Shown here piece by piece: positions 30,038 through 40,722 of a stretch of DNA of 50,345 nt. Numbering within the stretch: the first letter of the stretch is position 1; each line of letters opens with the position of its first letter. The DNA is from Microbacterium sp. Lineage in GTDB: Bacteria > Actinomycetota > Actinomycetes > Actinomycetales > Microbacteriaceae. The translations under genes were made by a program, and so were the position numbers. The stretch is from the NCBI RefSeq assembly GCF_049661145.1, contig NZ_JBASZT010000336.1:1-50345 (forward strand), written 5' to 3'. The notes below the pieces were generated by a model. It did no database searches and was not told the DNA's origin. It saw nothing but the letters and a program-made list of their open reading frames with translations.

Positions 30038-30094
30038 CCTGCTCTCGCGGTATCCGCGTCGCGGCGACCGCGCGGGGGCGGGTAGCGTTGCGGG

Positions 30095-30850
30095 ATGGCG
30101 AGAACGGCGGTGGTGACGGGCGCGAGTTCGGGTCTCGGTGCGGAGTTCGCGCGACAGCTGGCGGCGAAGAATGCCGACCTCGTGCTCGTCGCGCGGGGCG
30201 GGAGCGACCTGGAGAAGCTGGCCGGCCGGCTGCGGGAGCAGCACGGCGCCCGGGTAGAGGTGCTCGTGGCGGATCTCACCACCCCTGAAGGGCTCGCGCG
30301 TGTCGAGGAGCGGGTCGCGGCATCCGTCGATCTGCTGGTCAACAACGCCGGGTTCGGCCTCGACCTGCGCTTCGAGCGCAACGACGTCGCCGACGAGGAG
30401 CGGCACCTCGACCTGCACGTGCGCGCGACGATGCGGCTCATGCACGCCGCACTCGGGCCGATGCTCGAGCGGGGCAGCGGCCGGATCATCAACGTCGCCT
30501 CGGTCGCCGGCTTCCTCCCGCGCGGGACGTATGGTGCGGTCAAAGCCTGGATCATCTCCTTCAGCCGCTGGGCGAATGCGACGTACGCTCCGCGCGGAGT
30601 CACGGTCACCGCCGTCTGCCCCGGGTTCGTCCACACGAACTTCCACGAGCGGCTCGGGCTTCCGCCGGGCCAGGAGGGGGTTCCCGGGCTCATGTGGCTC
30701 GAGGCGCCCGCCGTCGTGCGCGAGGCACTGAGGGATGCCGCGCGGGGCCGATCGGTGTCCATTCCCTCGCTGCGGTACAAGGCGCTCATCGCGGTCGCGC
30801 GGATGCTGCCCGGTCCCCTCGTGGCGCGCGTGGCGCGAACCGGCCGCTGA
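30095..30850 (+). CDS. Short-chain dehydrogenase/reductase
   Basis: TGASSGLG, NNAG and YGAVK. Confidence 0.93.
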   Translation: MARTAVVTGASSGLGAEFARQLAAKNADLVLVARGGSDLEKLAGRLREQHGARVEVLVADLTTPEGLARVEERVAASVDLLVNNAGFGLDLRFERNDVADEERHLDLHVRATMRLMHAALGPMLERGSGRIINVASVAGFLPRGTYGAVKAWIISFSRWANATYAPRGVTVTAVCPGFVHTNFHERLGLPPGQEGVPGLMWLEAPAVVREALRDAARGRSVSIPSLRYKALIAVARMLPGPLVARVARTGR

Positions 30851-30919
30851 GCTCCGGCGCTCGCCTCGCCTCGGCCCTGGCAACCCGGCGATGCGCCGAC
30901 GAACCGATAACCTGGGAGT

Positions 30920-31897
30920 ATGACGCACACGGGCAATCCCTTCGGACAGGTCCTCGTCGCGCTCGTCACCCCGATGACGGCCGACGGCGAAGTCGATTGG
31001 CCCGCGGTCGAGAAGCACATGGACGACGTCATCACCGCCGGTGCCGACGGCATCGTCGTGACCGGGACCACGGGGGAGACCTCCACGCTCACCGACCCCG
31101 AGAAGCTGCGGCTCGTCGAGGTCGGCAAGGATGTCGCCGCCGGGCGCGCCAAGATCATCACGGGCGGCGGCTCGAACGAGACCGCCCACGCGATCGAGCT
31201 CTACAGAGCGAGCGAGAAGGCGGGCGCCGACGGCATCATGATCGTGACGCCGTACTACAACAAGCCGACGCAGGCCGGCATCCTGACCCACTTCCGCCTC
31301 GTCGCCGACGCGACCGACCTGCCGGTCATTCTCTACGACATCCCGGGGCGCACCGGCGTGCCCATCAAGTACGAGACGATCCTGCGCCTGGCCAAGCACC
31401 CCAACATCCTCGCGATCAAGGACGCGAAGGGCGACTTCAGCGAGGTCAGCCGCGTGCTCAACCAGACCGACCTGATGTACTTCTCCGGTGACGATGCCAA
31501 TGTGCTTCCGCACCTCGCGATCGGCGCGTCCGGCCTCGTCGGTGTCACCGCGAACATCGCGGCGGCTCCGTATCGCGTGATCGTGGATGCCGTCAATCGC
31601 GGCGACCTGACCGCGGCGACGGCCGCGCACAAGAGCCTCGAGCCGCTCGTGCGCGCCGTCATGACGCACGTCCCCGGCACCGTCAGCGCGAAGTACATCC
31701 TCCACGGCCTCGGCCGCATCTCGAGCCCCCGCGTCCGCCTTCCCCTCGTGGGGCCGGAGGAGTGGGAGGCCGCGATCATCGAGGACGAGCTGGCGCTCGT
31801 GAAGGGTGTCGACGGCGCCGACTTCTCGAACTTCCGGCCCGACCGCAACGCCGCCGCCGGCGGCGCCCTCCCCAAGGTCCACGGCACGACCCGCTGA
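30920..31897 (+). CDS. dapA: 4-hydroxy-tetrahydrodipicolinate synthase
   Basis: GTTGE, PYYNKP, LYDIPGRT and IKDA. Confidence 0.97.
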   Translation: MTHTGNPFGQVLVALVTPMTADGEVDWPAVEKHMDDVITAGADGIVVTGTTGETSTLTDPEKLRLVEVGKDVAAGRAKIITGGGSNETAHAIELYRASEKAGADGIMIVTPYYNKPTQAGILTHFRLVADATDLPVILYDIPGRTGVPIKYETILRLAKHPNILAIKDAKGDFSEVSRVLNQTDLMYFSGDDANVLPHLAIGASGLVGVTANIAAAPYRVIVDAVNRGDLTAATAAHKSLEPLVRAVMTHVPGTVSAKYILHGLGRISSPRVRLPLVGPEEWEAAIIEDELALVKGVDGADFSNFRPDRNAAAGGALPKVHGTTR

Positions 31898-31952
31898 GAC
31901 CGCAACAGCATGGAAAGAACGGATGCCGTCGGCATCCGGTGAAAGGCACGCG

Positions 31953-33629
31953 ATGCCCACGACCGTCTACGATCCGCCGGCTCTCGAATCCGGGGTGCTG
32001 CGCGTGACCCCGCTCGGCGGTCTCGGCGAGGTCGGCCGCAACATGACCGTCTTCGAGTACGGCGGCAAGCTCCTCATCGTCGACTGCGGCGTGCTCTTCC
32101 CCGAGGAGCATCAGCCGGGCGTTGACCTCATCCTCCCCGACTTCGAGCCGATCAAGCATCGGCTGGACGACGTCGTGGGGCTCGTGCTCACGCACGGCCA
32201 CGAGGACCACATCGGCGCGGTGCCGTACCTGCTGCGGCTCAAGGCCGACATCCCCCTCATCGGCTCGCAGCTGACGCTCGCGCTCGTGGAGGCGAAGCTC
32301 AAGGAGCACCGCATCAGGCCGTACTCGCTCACGGTCGCCGAGGGCCAGCGCGAGCAGATCGGCCCGTTCGACCTCGAGTTCATCGCGGTGAACCACTCGA
32401 TCCCCGACGCACTCGCTGTCGCCATCCGCACCCCGGCGGGTCTCGTGCTCGCGACGGGTGACTTCAAGATGGATCAGCTGCCACTGGACGGCCGACTCAC
32501 CGACCTGCGCGCCTTCGCACGGCTGGGCGAGGAGGGAGTCGACCTCTTCCTCGTCGACTCGACCAACGCGGACATCCCCGGGTTCACACCGCTCGAGCGG
32601 GCGATCGGACCCGTGCTCGACCAGGTCATCGCGAAGGCGCCGCGCCGTGTCATCGTCGCGAGCTTCTCGAGTCACGTGCACCGCGTGCAGCAGGTCATCG
32701 ATGCGGCCGCCGAGAATGGGCGCCGCGTCGCGTTCCTCGGGAGGTCGATGGTGCGCAATATGCAGATCGCCGAGGACCTCGGCTACCTGCGGGTGCCCGC
32801 CGGAGTACTGATCGACTACAAGAAGGCGCAGGACCTTCCCGACGACCGCATCGTGTACATGTCGACCGGCTCGCAGGGCGAGCCCATGGCGGTGCTCTCC
32901 CGCATGGCGAACCTCGACCACGCGATCGAGCCCGGGCCGGGGGACACCGTGATCCTGGCATCCAGCCTCATCCCCGGCAACGAGAACGCCGTCTACCGCG
33001 TCATCGACGGGCTCACGAAGCTCGGCGCGAACGTCGTCCACAAGGCCAACGCGAAAGTGCACGTCTCGGGGCACGCGGCGGCGGGGGAGCTGCTGTACTG
33101 CTACAACATCCTCAAACCCCGCAATGTTCTTCCGGTGCACGGCGAGTACCGGCATCTCACTGCCAACGCGAGGCTCGCGCAAGACACCGGCATCCCCTCG
33201 GAGAACACGATCCTCGCCGAGAATGGCACCGTCATCGACCTCAGGGGCGGGGTGGCGCGCGTCACGGGGCAGTACGACATCGGATTCGTCTACGTCGATG
33301 GGTCGACGGTCGGCGAGATCACGGATGCCGACCTCAAGGACCGCCGCATCCTCGGCGAGGAGGGGTTCATCTCCGTGATCGTCGTCGTGGATGCCGCGAC
33401 GGGCCGCATCATCACCGGGCCCGAGATCCACGCGCGCGGATTCGCGGAGCAGGACGCCGTGTTCGACGCCGTCAAGCCGAAGATCGCCGCGGCGCTCGCC
33501 GAGGCCGCTCAGTCGGGCGTGCGCGACACGCACGCGATGTCGCAGGTTGTGCGCCGCACGATCGGCCGCTGGGTCAACCAGTCCCTGCGCCGCCGCCCGA
33601 TGATCGTGCCGCTCGTGATCGAGGCGTAG
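31953..33629 (+). CDS. rnj: Ribonuclease J
   Basis: PLGGLGEVGRN, THGHEDHIG, HVSGHA and PVHGE; ATG at 31953 after a GAAAGG RBS. Confidence 0.97.
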   Translation: MPTTVYDPPALESGVLRVTPLGGLGEVGRNMTVFEYGGKLLIVDCGVLFPEEHQPGVDLILPDFEPIKHRLDDVVGLVLTHGHEDHIGAVPYLLRLKADIPLIGSQLTLALVEAKLKEHRIRPYSLTVAEGQREQIGPFDLEFIAVNHSIPDALAVAIRTPAGLVLATGDFKMDQLPLDGRLTDLRAFARLGEEGVDLFLVDSTNADIPGFTPLERAIGPVLDQVIAKAPRRVIVASFSSHVHRVQQVIDAAAENGRRVAFLGRSMVRNMQIAEDLGYLRVPAGVLIDYKKAQDLPDDRIVYMSTGSQGEPMAVLSRMANLDHAIEPGPGDTVILASSLIPGNENAVYRVIDGLTKLGANVVHKANAKVHVSGHAAAGELLYCYNILKPRNVLPVHGEYRHLTANARLAQDTGIPSENTILAENGTVIDLRGGVARVTGQYDIGFVYVDGSTVGEITDADLKDRRILGEEGFISVIVVVDAATGRIITGPEIHARGFAEQDAVFDAVKPKIAAALAEAAQSGVRDTHAMSQVVRRTIGRWVNQSLRRRPMIVPLVIEA

Positions 33630-33667
33630 GTTCCGGCTGTCGGCTGGTTCAGCCCCTCGCTCGCTCG

Positions 33668-33799
33668 GGGTCGCATCTGGTCGGATTGCGCTGGCTGTGG
33701 CGGCCATCTGCGACCCGCTGGGAGGCGGGTTGCGGGGCGTTCTGCTCGCGGGGTCGCATTTGGTCGGATTGCGCGCCCGGTAGCGGCCATGTGCGACCC
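33668..33799 (+). repeat. Two 49-bp REP-like palindromes (33668-33716, 33751-33799)
   Basis: GGGTCGCAtYtGGTCGgattgcgc...gCGGCCAtStGCGACCC, 83-bp period. Confidence 0.85.
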
Positions 33800-33846
33800 T
33801 CTGATGCCTGGGGACGCGTCGCCACGAGCTCTCGAGCCCATGGTCC

Positions 33847-34821
33847 TCAAGGCTTCCAACCGCGCCTGATGAGGGCCCTCCGCACGCGCTCGACGGCGGT
33901 GCGGCGCCGCACCTGCTTGCCGGAGACGCGGACGGGTTCGATCCCGGCATCCGCATAGGCGGCGTACTTCTCCAGGTCACGCTCCCACTGCGCAGGGTCG
34001 CTGCGATGGTGATCGCCCTCGACCTCGACGGCCACTTTCTGGTCGGGGAACACGACCTCGGTGATGCCGATCCGCCGCCCTCGGGCGTCGAAGACCTCGA
34101 CGTCGAGCAACGGCGCCGGAAAGCCCGCCTCCTCGGCATCCAAGCGGAACTCCGTTTCGACGGGAGAGGCGCTGCCGACGCGGATCCTCGGCAGCGCTGC
34201 GCGCAGCTTCGGCGCGCCGCGACGGATGCCGGCGTCGATCGCGCGCGCCAGCTGCTCGATCGTGGCGAACGCGCGTTCGGGTTGCAGCGTGCCAGCGCGG
34301 TTACGCGGAACGTGCACGATGGCGTCGCCGAGGATGATGAGTTCACGCACCGACAGCTCACCTCCCAGCATCGCCCAGGCGCTCGCGACCGTCGTCGTGG
34401 GCAGCCCTTCGACGAGTTCGACGTGCGCGAGCTTCGGATCGATCCTGCGCCCCCGGATTCCCCGTCCGCGGGGTGCCCGCCGCGGCGAGAAGACGGCGAC
34501 CTCGAGTTCAGGGCCGGTCGTCACCGGCAGCCCGCGGAGGGCGAGCGCCGTGCGCCCGGCGAAGAATGCCCCGTCGGGCATGACGGCGGCATACGCCCTC
34601 GCTCGGCGGATCGTCTCGTCGCGCTGGGCGCGGTCGCGTGCGAACGGCTCATCGTCAGCCGGATGCAGGGGTGCCGTGCGACGGGGCCGGCGTGCTCCGT
34701 GGAACGGGGCCTCGAGATCGCGCGCGCGAAGTCGCCGGCGGGTCGCGCCGCGAGCGAGTGCGTTCTTCGTCGCGAACGCGTCGCCGAGTCCGTGAGGGAG
34801 GGGAGCGGGGGTGCGTGGCAT
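33847..34821 (-). CDS. AbiEi-like/DUF559 (Vsr-like restriction-fold) protein
   Basis: SASPVETEFRL...AGFPAP...VAVEVEGDHH...WERD C-terminal signature; ATG at 34821. Confidence 0.75.
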   Translation of the reverse strand: MPRTPAPLPHGLGDAFATKNALARGATRRRLRARDLEAPFHGARRPRRTAPLHPADDEPFARDRAQRDETIRRARAYAAVMPDGAFFAGRTALALRGLPVTTGPELEVAVFSPRRAPRGRGIRGRRIDPKLAHVELVEGLPTTTVASAWAMLGGELSVRELIILGDAIVHVPRNRAGTLQPERAFATIEQLARAIDAGIRRGAPKLRAALPRIRVGSASPVETEFRLDAEEAGFPAPLLDVEVFDARGRRIGITEVVFPDQKVAVEVEGDHHRSDPAQWERDLEKYAAYADAGIEPVRVSGKQVRRRTAVERVRRALIRRGWKP

Positions 34822-34939
34822 CCCCTCACCCTGCCTTGCCCCGGCGGACGCCGACGCAAGAGCACCCCCGAATGTGGAGACTCCGCGCAACCCTCCCGCT
34901 GGGGAGGAGGCGATGACGACGGCCGCGCCGCTCGCCAGG

Positions 34940-35071
34940 GGGTCTCATGTGGTCGCTACGCCGCCCTGATTCCGACCACACGCGACCCCGTGGGAGAGAC
35001 GCCCGCCGCTCGCTCGCTCGCGGGGTCGCAGCTGGTCGCTACGGCGAGCTCAATCCGGGCACATGCGACTC
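34940..35071 (-). repeat. Two 49-bp REP-like palindromes, inverted relative to the first pair (34940-34988, 35023-35071)
   Basis: Reverse complements align with 33751-33799; 83-bp period. Confidence 0.82.
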
Positions 35072-35128
35072 CGCGGGCGTTGCGGGTTCGTGACCGAGAG
35101 GCAACGCGCGCTCGACTAGCATCGGGGC

Positions 35129-35623
35129 ATGGCCGCGACCTTCGGCATCCGCCCCGCGACGCAGGCGGACGGGACGTTCCTCGGCGACATGGTCGTCGAG
35201 GCGGCGAACTGGCGGCAGGGCGGCGCGCGGCCCCGGTACGACGTGCTCGCGCAGCCGGAGTACGGTCGCTACGTGATGGCCTGGATGCGCCCGGGGGATG
35301 CGGGCTACGTCGCCGTCGATGCACAGGACCGGCCGATCGGTGCCGCGTGGTACCGGATGCTGCCGCCCACCGAGGCAGGCTTCGGCTACGTCGGTGCGGG
35401 AGTGCCCGAGCTGATCATCGGCGTTCGGCCGATCTGGCGGGCGCAGGGTGTGGGCCGGGCGTTGCTGCAACACCTGTGCGACCACGCCCGCACGCAGGGG
35501 TTCGGACGCATCAGTCTGTCGGTCGAACACGACAACTTCGCGCGGACGCTCTACCGTAGTGAAGGATTCGCCGTGACGGATCCCGGCCACGGCCGCGACA
35601 CGATGGTCAAGCGCCTGCAGTGA
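35129..35623 (+). CDS. GNAT family N-acetyltransferase
   Basis: [24 protein letters not shown] and LYRSEGF. Confidence 0.9.
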   Translation: MAATFGIRPATQADGTFLGDMVVEAANWRQGGARPRYDVLAQPEYGRYVMAWMRPGDAGYVAVDAQDRPIGAAWYRMLPPTEAGFGYVGAGVPELIIGVRPIWRAQGVGRALLQHLCDHARTQGFGRISLSVEHDNFARTLYRSEGFAVTDPGHGRDTMVKRLQ

Positions 35624-35699
35624 GCTCTCGTGGCCGCGCTCGGATGCCGGGGCCGCGTCAATCCAGGGAAACGTCGTACTCGCGGCCTACCGTGGAGTA

Positions 35700-38441
35700 A
35701 TGGCACGATCGAGCACGCCCACGAACGCCCGCGCGTCCGCGAAGGGTTCGTCGCCGCGTGCGCAGAGGACCGAACGTGACCGCAAGGCCGAGCCCCCGCC
35801 GAAGCGCTACGTCGATGACGTCGACAAGCCGCCGCTCGTGGTCCGCGCCTGGCTCGGCCTCGCCCATGCGACCGGGGGGATGTTCCGGGCGTTCGGCCCG
35901 GAGACGCTCGAGAAGGACCAGCGGCGCGACGGCTTCCCCTTCCTCCTCGTGCTGCTGGCGGTCGCGGGTGCCGCCGTGGAGTGGTTCCTCATCGGCACCG
36001 AGATCGGCACCAACGCGAGCGCCTACACCGTCGGCTTTCTCGTCGGACGGGCCGCGTTCGTCATGCCGGTGCTCCTGCTGCTGTTGGCGGGGTGGCTGTT
36101 CCGGCATCCGCCGTCCGTGCACGACAACGGGCGCATCGGCATCGGCTTCGGCCTGTTCGTCCTCTCTCTCGCCGGGTTCTGCCATGTCGCCGGCGGCCGC
36201 CCCCATCCCAGGGGCGGCGCGCTCGGGTTGAGTGACGCCGGCGGTGTCTTCGGCTGGCTTCTCGGGGAGCCGCTCACCTTGCTCACGGACATCGGCGCGT
36301 ACATCGTGCTCGGCATCCTCACCTTGCTGAGCGTCCTCATCATCACCAAGACTCCGCCGAATCGCATCGGCCGTCGCCTCGGCGACCTCTATGCGTGGCT
36401 GTTCGGCGCGGAGCGTCCCGAACCCGCGACTCCCGCGACCGAGACGGCGGCGACCGTCGCCTTCGGCGCTGGCGCGGCGAACTCCGCAGAACAGGAGGAT
36501 GCCGAGAAGGAGCCGGGTCTGCCCTGGTGGCGCCGCAACAAGTCCGGTCGCGAAGAGGATGCCGACGGGCAGCTCGGCTCCGATGACCTGACGACCCTGC
36601 TCGCCCCCAGCGCCGCCGGTGGGTTCGACCAGGCGGTGGCGATCCCCGCGCCACCGCCGCCGCCCGCGCTGCCGGACGCTGCGACCGAGGTCATCGATCC
36701 GGCCGTCATCGCGAGTGCCAAGCGGGCCGCAGGGCGAGGGCGCACCGGCATCCGCGAGGACAGCGGCGAGATCGTCGTGGACGACGGGATCCTGCCGGGG
36801 ATCTCCGCCCTCGGTGACGACCACGACGGCCGTCCGCCGCAGGCGCCGTACCGCCTTCCGGCCGCGACCTCTCTGGCGCAGGGCGCTCCCGCGAAGGCGC
36901 GCTCCGAGGCCAACGATCGTGTCGTCGCAGCGATCACGGGCGTCTTCGAGCAGTTCGGGGTCGATGCGCGCGTGACGGGATTCTCGCGCGGCCCGACGGT
37001 CACGCAGTACGAGATCGCGCTCGGCCCGGGAGTCAAGGTCGAGCGCATCACGGCGCTGACCAACAACATCGCGTATGCCGTGGCATCCAACGAGGTACGC
37101 ATCCTCGCGCCGATCCCCGGCAAGAGCGCGATCGGCGTGGAGATCCCCAACACCGACCGCGAGATCGTCACGCTCGGCGACGTGCTGCGCTCGCAGGCGG
37201 CGACTTCGCAGACGCATCCCATGACGATCGGGGTCGGCAAGGACGTCGGGGGCGGCTACGTCGTCGCGAACCTCGCGAAGATGCCCCACCTGCTCGTGGC
37301 CGGCTCCACCGGTTCGGGCAAGTCGAGTTTCGTGAACTCCATGATCACCTCGCTCCTCATGCGCGCGAAGCCGTCCGAAGTGCGGATGGTCCTCATCGAT
37401 CCCAAGCGCGTCGAACTGACGAGCTACGCCGGCGTGCCGCATCTGATCACCCCCATCATCACGAATCCCAAGAAGGCCGCCGAGGCGCTGCAGTGGGTCG
37501 TGAAGGAGATGGACATGCGGTACGACGATCTCGCCTCGTTCGGATTCCGTCACATCGACGACTTCAACCGCGCCGTCGTCGCGGGCGAGATCCAGCTGCC
37601 CGTCGGCAGCGAGCGGGTGCTCAAGCCCTATCCGTACCTGCTCGTCGTCGTCGATGAGTTGGCCGACCTCATGATGGTCGCCCCCCGCGACGTGGAGGAC
37701 TCGATCGTCCGGATCACACAGCTCGCGCGCGCGAGCGGCATCCACCTCGTGCTCGCGACGCAGCGTCCCTCGGTCGACGTCGTCACGGGCCTCATCAAGG
37801 CGAACGTGCCCTCACGGCTCGCATTCGCCGTGACGAGCGTGACCGACTCGCGCGTCATCCTCGACCAGCCCGGCGCCGACCGGCTCATCGGGCAGGGCGA
37901 CGGCCTGTTCCTGCCGATGGGGGCGTCGAAGGCGTTGCGCGTGCAGGGCGCGTGGGTCGCCGAGAGCGAGATCGAGAAGGTCGTCCATCACGTCAAGAAC
38001 CAGGCGCGGCCGGAGTACCGCGCCGACGTCGCGGCGGTGGCCGAGAAGAAGGAGATCGACGCCGACATCGGCGACGACCTCGACCTGCTGCTCGCGGCGG
38101 CGGAGCAGATCATCTCCACCCAGTTCGGGTCGACCTCGATGCTGCAGCGCAAGCTCCGCGTGGGCTTCGCGAAGGCCGGGCGCCTGATGGACCTGCTCGA
38201 GTCGCGCGAAATCGTCGGTCCGTCCGAGGGGTCGAAGGCCCGGGACGTGCTCGTGACGCCCGACCAGCTTCCCGAAGTGCTGGCGCGGCTGCGCGGCGAC
38301 GATCCACCGCCCGCGGCGCCCACGGCATCCGCCCCCGATCCCTACGGGCCGGATGCCGTCGAGGCCCAGTACGGGGGTCACGACGTCGTCAGCGGCGACG
38401 AGGGCTCCGAGGACGCCTGGGGGCTGACCGGCCGCGACTGA
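35700..38441 (+). CDS. ftsK: DNA translocase FtsK
   Basis: N-terminal TMs, [24 protein letters not shown] and gamma domain [21 protein letters not shown]. Confidence 0.97.
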   Translation: MARSSTPTNARASAKGSSPRAQRTERDRKAEPPPKRYVDDVDKPPLVVRAWLGLAHATGGMFRAFGPETLEKDQRRDGFPFLLVLLAVAGAAVEWFLIGTEIGTNASAYTVGFLVGRAAFVMPVLLLLLAGWLFRHPPSVHDNGRIGIGFGLFVLSLAGFCHVAGGRPHPRGGALGLSDAGGVFGWLLGEPLTLLTDIGAYIVLGILTLLSVLIITKTPPNRIGRRLGDLYAWLFGAERPEPATPATETAATVAFGAGAANSAEQEDAEKEPGLPWWRRNKSGREEDADGQLGSDDLTTLLAPSAAGGFDQAVAIPAPPPPPALPDAATEVIDPAVIASAKRAAGRGRTGIREDSGEIVVDDGILPGISALGDDHDGRPPQAPYRLPAATSLAQGAPAKARSEANDRVVAAITGVFEQFGVDARVTGFSRGPTVTQYEIALGPGVKVERITALTNNIAYAVASNEVRILAPIPGKSAIGVEIPNTDREIVTLGDVLRSQAATSQTHPMTIGVGKDVGGGYVVANLAKMPHLLVAGSTGSGKSSFVNSMITSLLMRAKPSEVRMVLIDPKRVELTSYAGVPHLITPIITNPKKAAEALQWVVKEMDMRYDDLASFGFRHIDDFNRAVVAGEIQLPVGSERVLKPYPYLLVVVDELADLMMVAPRDVEDSIVRITQLARASGIHLVLATQRPSVDVVTGLIKANVPSRLAFAVTSVTDSRVILDQPGADRLIGQGDGLFLPMGASKALRVQGAWVAESEIEKVVHHVKNQARPEYRADVAAVAEKKEIDADIGDDLDLLLAAAEQIISTQFGSTSMLQRKLRVGFAKAGRLMDLLESREIVGPSEGSKARDVLVTPDQLPEVLARLRGDDPPPAAPTASAPDPYGPDAVEAQYGGHDVVSGDEGSEDAWGLTGRD

Positions 38442-38478
38442 CGGGGTATGACGGGCCCCGCGCCGGTAGGCTCGGCTC

Positions 38479-39081
38479 GTGGCGATCCAGCGACAGATCC
38501 CGAGGCAGCTCCCCAACGCGATCACGATCGTGCGTATCTTCTGTGCGCCGATCTTCCTCTGGATGCTGCTGGCCGATGGCGGCGTCGATGGCCCTCTGCG
38601 CTGGTGGGCGGCGGTCCTGTTCATCGTCGCGATCGCGACGGACGGCATCGACGGGTACCTTGCTCGCAAGTACGAGATCGTCACCGACCTCGGCAAGCTT
38701 CTCGACCCTATCGCCGACAAAGCGCTGACCGGTTGCGCGTTCGTGGGTCTGTCGATCCTCGCCGAGCTGCCGTGGTGGGTAACGATCCTCGTCCTCGTGC
38801 GCGAGGTCGGCATCACGGTCCATCGGCTCGTCGTCGCCAGCACCCACGTCGTCGCCGCGGCGTGGATGGGCAAGCTCAAGACGGTTGCTCAGGCTGTCGC
38901 CTTGTCGCTCGCGCTGTTGCCGCTGTGGACGGTTGTGGGGGAGTGGATCCACGTCGTCAATACTGCGACGATGTGGATCGCCGTGATCCTCACTGTGGCC
39001 AGTGGCATCGACTACGTCCTCACCGAGGTCCGCGGCGCGCGTGCGACGCGGGCGACGGATGCCGGGGGTAGCCGCGCATGA
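38479..39081 (+). CDS. pgsA: CDP-diacylglycerol--glycerol-3-phosphate 3-phosphatidyltransferase
   Basis: PNAITIVR and DGIDGYLARK...GKLLDPIADK. Confidence 0.94.
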   Translation: MAIQRQIPRQLPNAITIVRIFCAPIFLWMLLADGGVDGPLRWWAAVLFIVAIATDGIDGYLARKYEIVTDLGKLLDPIADKALTGCAFVGLSILAELPWWVTILVLVREVGITVHRLVVASTHVVAAAWMGKLKTVAQAVALSLALLPLWTVVGEWIHVVNTATMWIAVILTVASGIDYVLTEVRGARATRATDAGGSRA

Positions 39082-39623
39082 CACCGTTCCAGCCGCCGTC
39101 GGAGCTTCCCGACGAACTGGAGAACACCCTGGTCTCCGGAGGGCGTCGATCCGACCCCGAGCGGCTCGTGAAGCGGCTGGTCGAACTCGGGTGGACCGTC
39201 GCTGTCGCCGAGTCGCTCACGGGTGGGCTCGTGGCGGCATCCATTGTGTCGGTCTCCGGAGCATCGAAGGTGCTGCGCGGCGGTGTCGTCGCCTACGCCA
39301 CCGACGTCAAGGCGAGCGTGCTCGGCGTGGATGAGACTCTGCTGGCGGCGCACGGGCCGGTGCATCCTCGGGTCGCCCGCCAGATGGCGGACGGTGTCCG
39401 TCGGCTCCTCGGCCGCGACGGCATTCCGGCGGACGTCGGCATCGCCACGACAGGCATTGCCGGGCCTGTCTCGGCGGACGGACAGCCGGTCGGCACGGTG
39501 CATATCGCGGTCTCGACCACGCTCGGTTCTCGGGTGGAGTCGCTGCACCTGGACGGCGACCGCGACCTCGTCCGCGCCGAATCCGCCGCGCGTGCTATTC
39601 GACTGGCCCTGGATGCACTGTGA
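39078..39623 (+). CDS. cinA: CinA/PncC family protein
   Basis: AVAESLTGG, TTGIAGP and PVGTVHI. Confidence 0.92.
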   Translation: MTPFQPPSELPDELENTLVSGGRRSDPERLVKRLVELGWTVAVAESLTGGLVAASIVSVSGASKVLRGGVVAYATDVKASVLGVDETLLAAHGPVHPRVARQMADGVRRLLGRDGIPADVGIATTGIAGPVSADGQPVGTVHIAVSTTLGSRVESLHLDGDRDLVRAESAARAIRLALDAL

Positions 39624-39802
39624 GCCCCGCGTGCGCCGTCTCGTATGACGGGGGGAATACCGTCTGTGTCGATGCGGTTACGTATGAGTGATTCCCAAGC
39701 ATTCCCCAGCGCGAGAGGTCTATCGTTGCGAGCAAGTCAGGTACTGTTGTCCATCCTGGGCACGGTTTTCGACCGAGGCGTCACTGGAGGAGGGGGCCCG
39801 AG

Positions 39803-40123
39803 ATGATCCTGGTTCGTCAAGAAATCGGCGAAGTCCTGCGCGACTTCCGCCTGCAGAAGGGCCGTACGCTCCGTCAGGTTGCTGGCCGCGCCAGCGTGGC
39901 GCTCGGCTACCTCAGCGAGGTCGAGCGGGGGCAGAAAGAAGCCTCGAGCGAGATCCTCGCCTCGGTGGCGGAGGCGCTGGATGTGCCCATCTCGACCATC
40001 ATGCGCGAAGTGGGTGACCGTATCTCCGTGCTCGAGGGTCTGCAGGTCTTCCCCGATGTCCTGCCCGACGACCTCGCCGTGCTCAGCGATGGGATGATCG
40101 AGCCCGAGTTGTCGTTGCGCTGA
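39803..40123 (+). CDS. clgR: ClgR-like XRE transcriptional regulator
   Basis: TLRQVA...SVALGYLSEVERGQKEASSE; position after cinA. Confidence 0.8.
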   Translation: MILVRQEIGEVLRDFRLQKGRTLRQVAGRASVALGYLSEVERGQKEASSEILASVAEALDVPISTIMREVGDRISVLEGLQVFPDVLPDDLAVLSDGMIEPELSLR

Positions 40124-40124
40124 C

Positions 40125-40349
40125 GTGCGGCGCAGCGAGTTCGCACGCGCCGTCGATGCCGAATTCGGCGGGCGCGGCGCCGCGCTGATCGCCGATCTCG
40201 TGCTCGCGCCGCTGGATGATCGCACCGCGGCACAGGCGCTCGCCGACGGGCTGGAGCCGCGGGAGATCTGGCTCGCGCTGTGCGCCGAGATGGACGTGCC
40301 CGAGTCGCGCCGCCATGGCGTCGGCCTGCTGGAGCCTCGCAAGCGCTGA
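40125..40349 (+). CDS. DUF3046 family protein
   Basis: MRRSEF...DLVLAPLDDRTAAQALADG...IWLALC, upstream of recA. Confidence 0.85.
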   Translation: MRRSEFARAVDAEFGGRGAALIADLVLAPLDDRTAAQALADGLEPREIWLALCAEMDVPESRRHGVGLLEPRKR

Positions 40350-40565
40350 CGCCGCGTGCGCGGGCGCGCCTCACCTCGACTTGCCGTCTTCGGTCGGATC
40401 GACGGTGCCGAGGCGACAAGACCCGGCAAGTCGCCGTTGCGCTGCCCCGGTCCCCACCGGTCGTCGAATGCCGTGCCGGAGGCGCGGTGTATCGAGAGGC
40501 GGCGTGTCGTCGTAGTTTTGTTCGACACGCGCATAGGCTCCTCCACAAGAGGTGTCACGAGGAAC

Positions 40566-40574
40566 TTATCCACA
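40566..40574 (+). promoter_or_regulatory. Perfect DnaA box upstream of recA
   Basis: TTATCCACA. Confidence 0.55.
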
Positions 40575-40597
40575 GAAGGGGCGGCAGCGCCGACCGA

Positions 40598-40619
40598 TGT
40601 CGGAGGCCGTCCCTAACGT
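40598..40619 (+). promoter_or_regulatory. RecA-NDp/PafBC-type recA promoter
   Basis: TGTCGG-N10-TAACGT matches TGTCGG-N10-TA-N3-T. Confidence 0.8.
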
Positions 40620-40722
40620 GAACCGAGTCATCACGACACCTCCGCCTTGTCGTAGCATCCATCCCGCCGGGAGGGAGCGCGACAGCCTACAGGCGACGGA
40701 ACCGCGACCCAAGGAGCACGTC

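Noticed and set aside
33668..35071. Palindromic repeats as a CRISPR array
   Set aside because: Only two units per side, degenerate, inverted between sides, and no cas genes
40581..40591. GCGGCAGCGCC as a fourth copy of the 69-bp element
   Set aside because: Only a short match to the hairpin; flanks do not align
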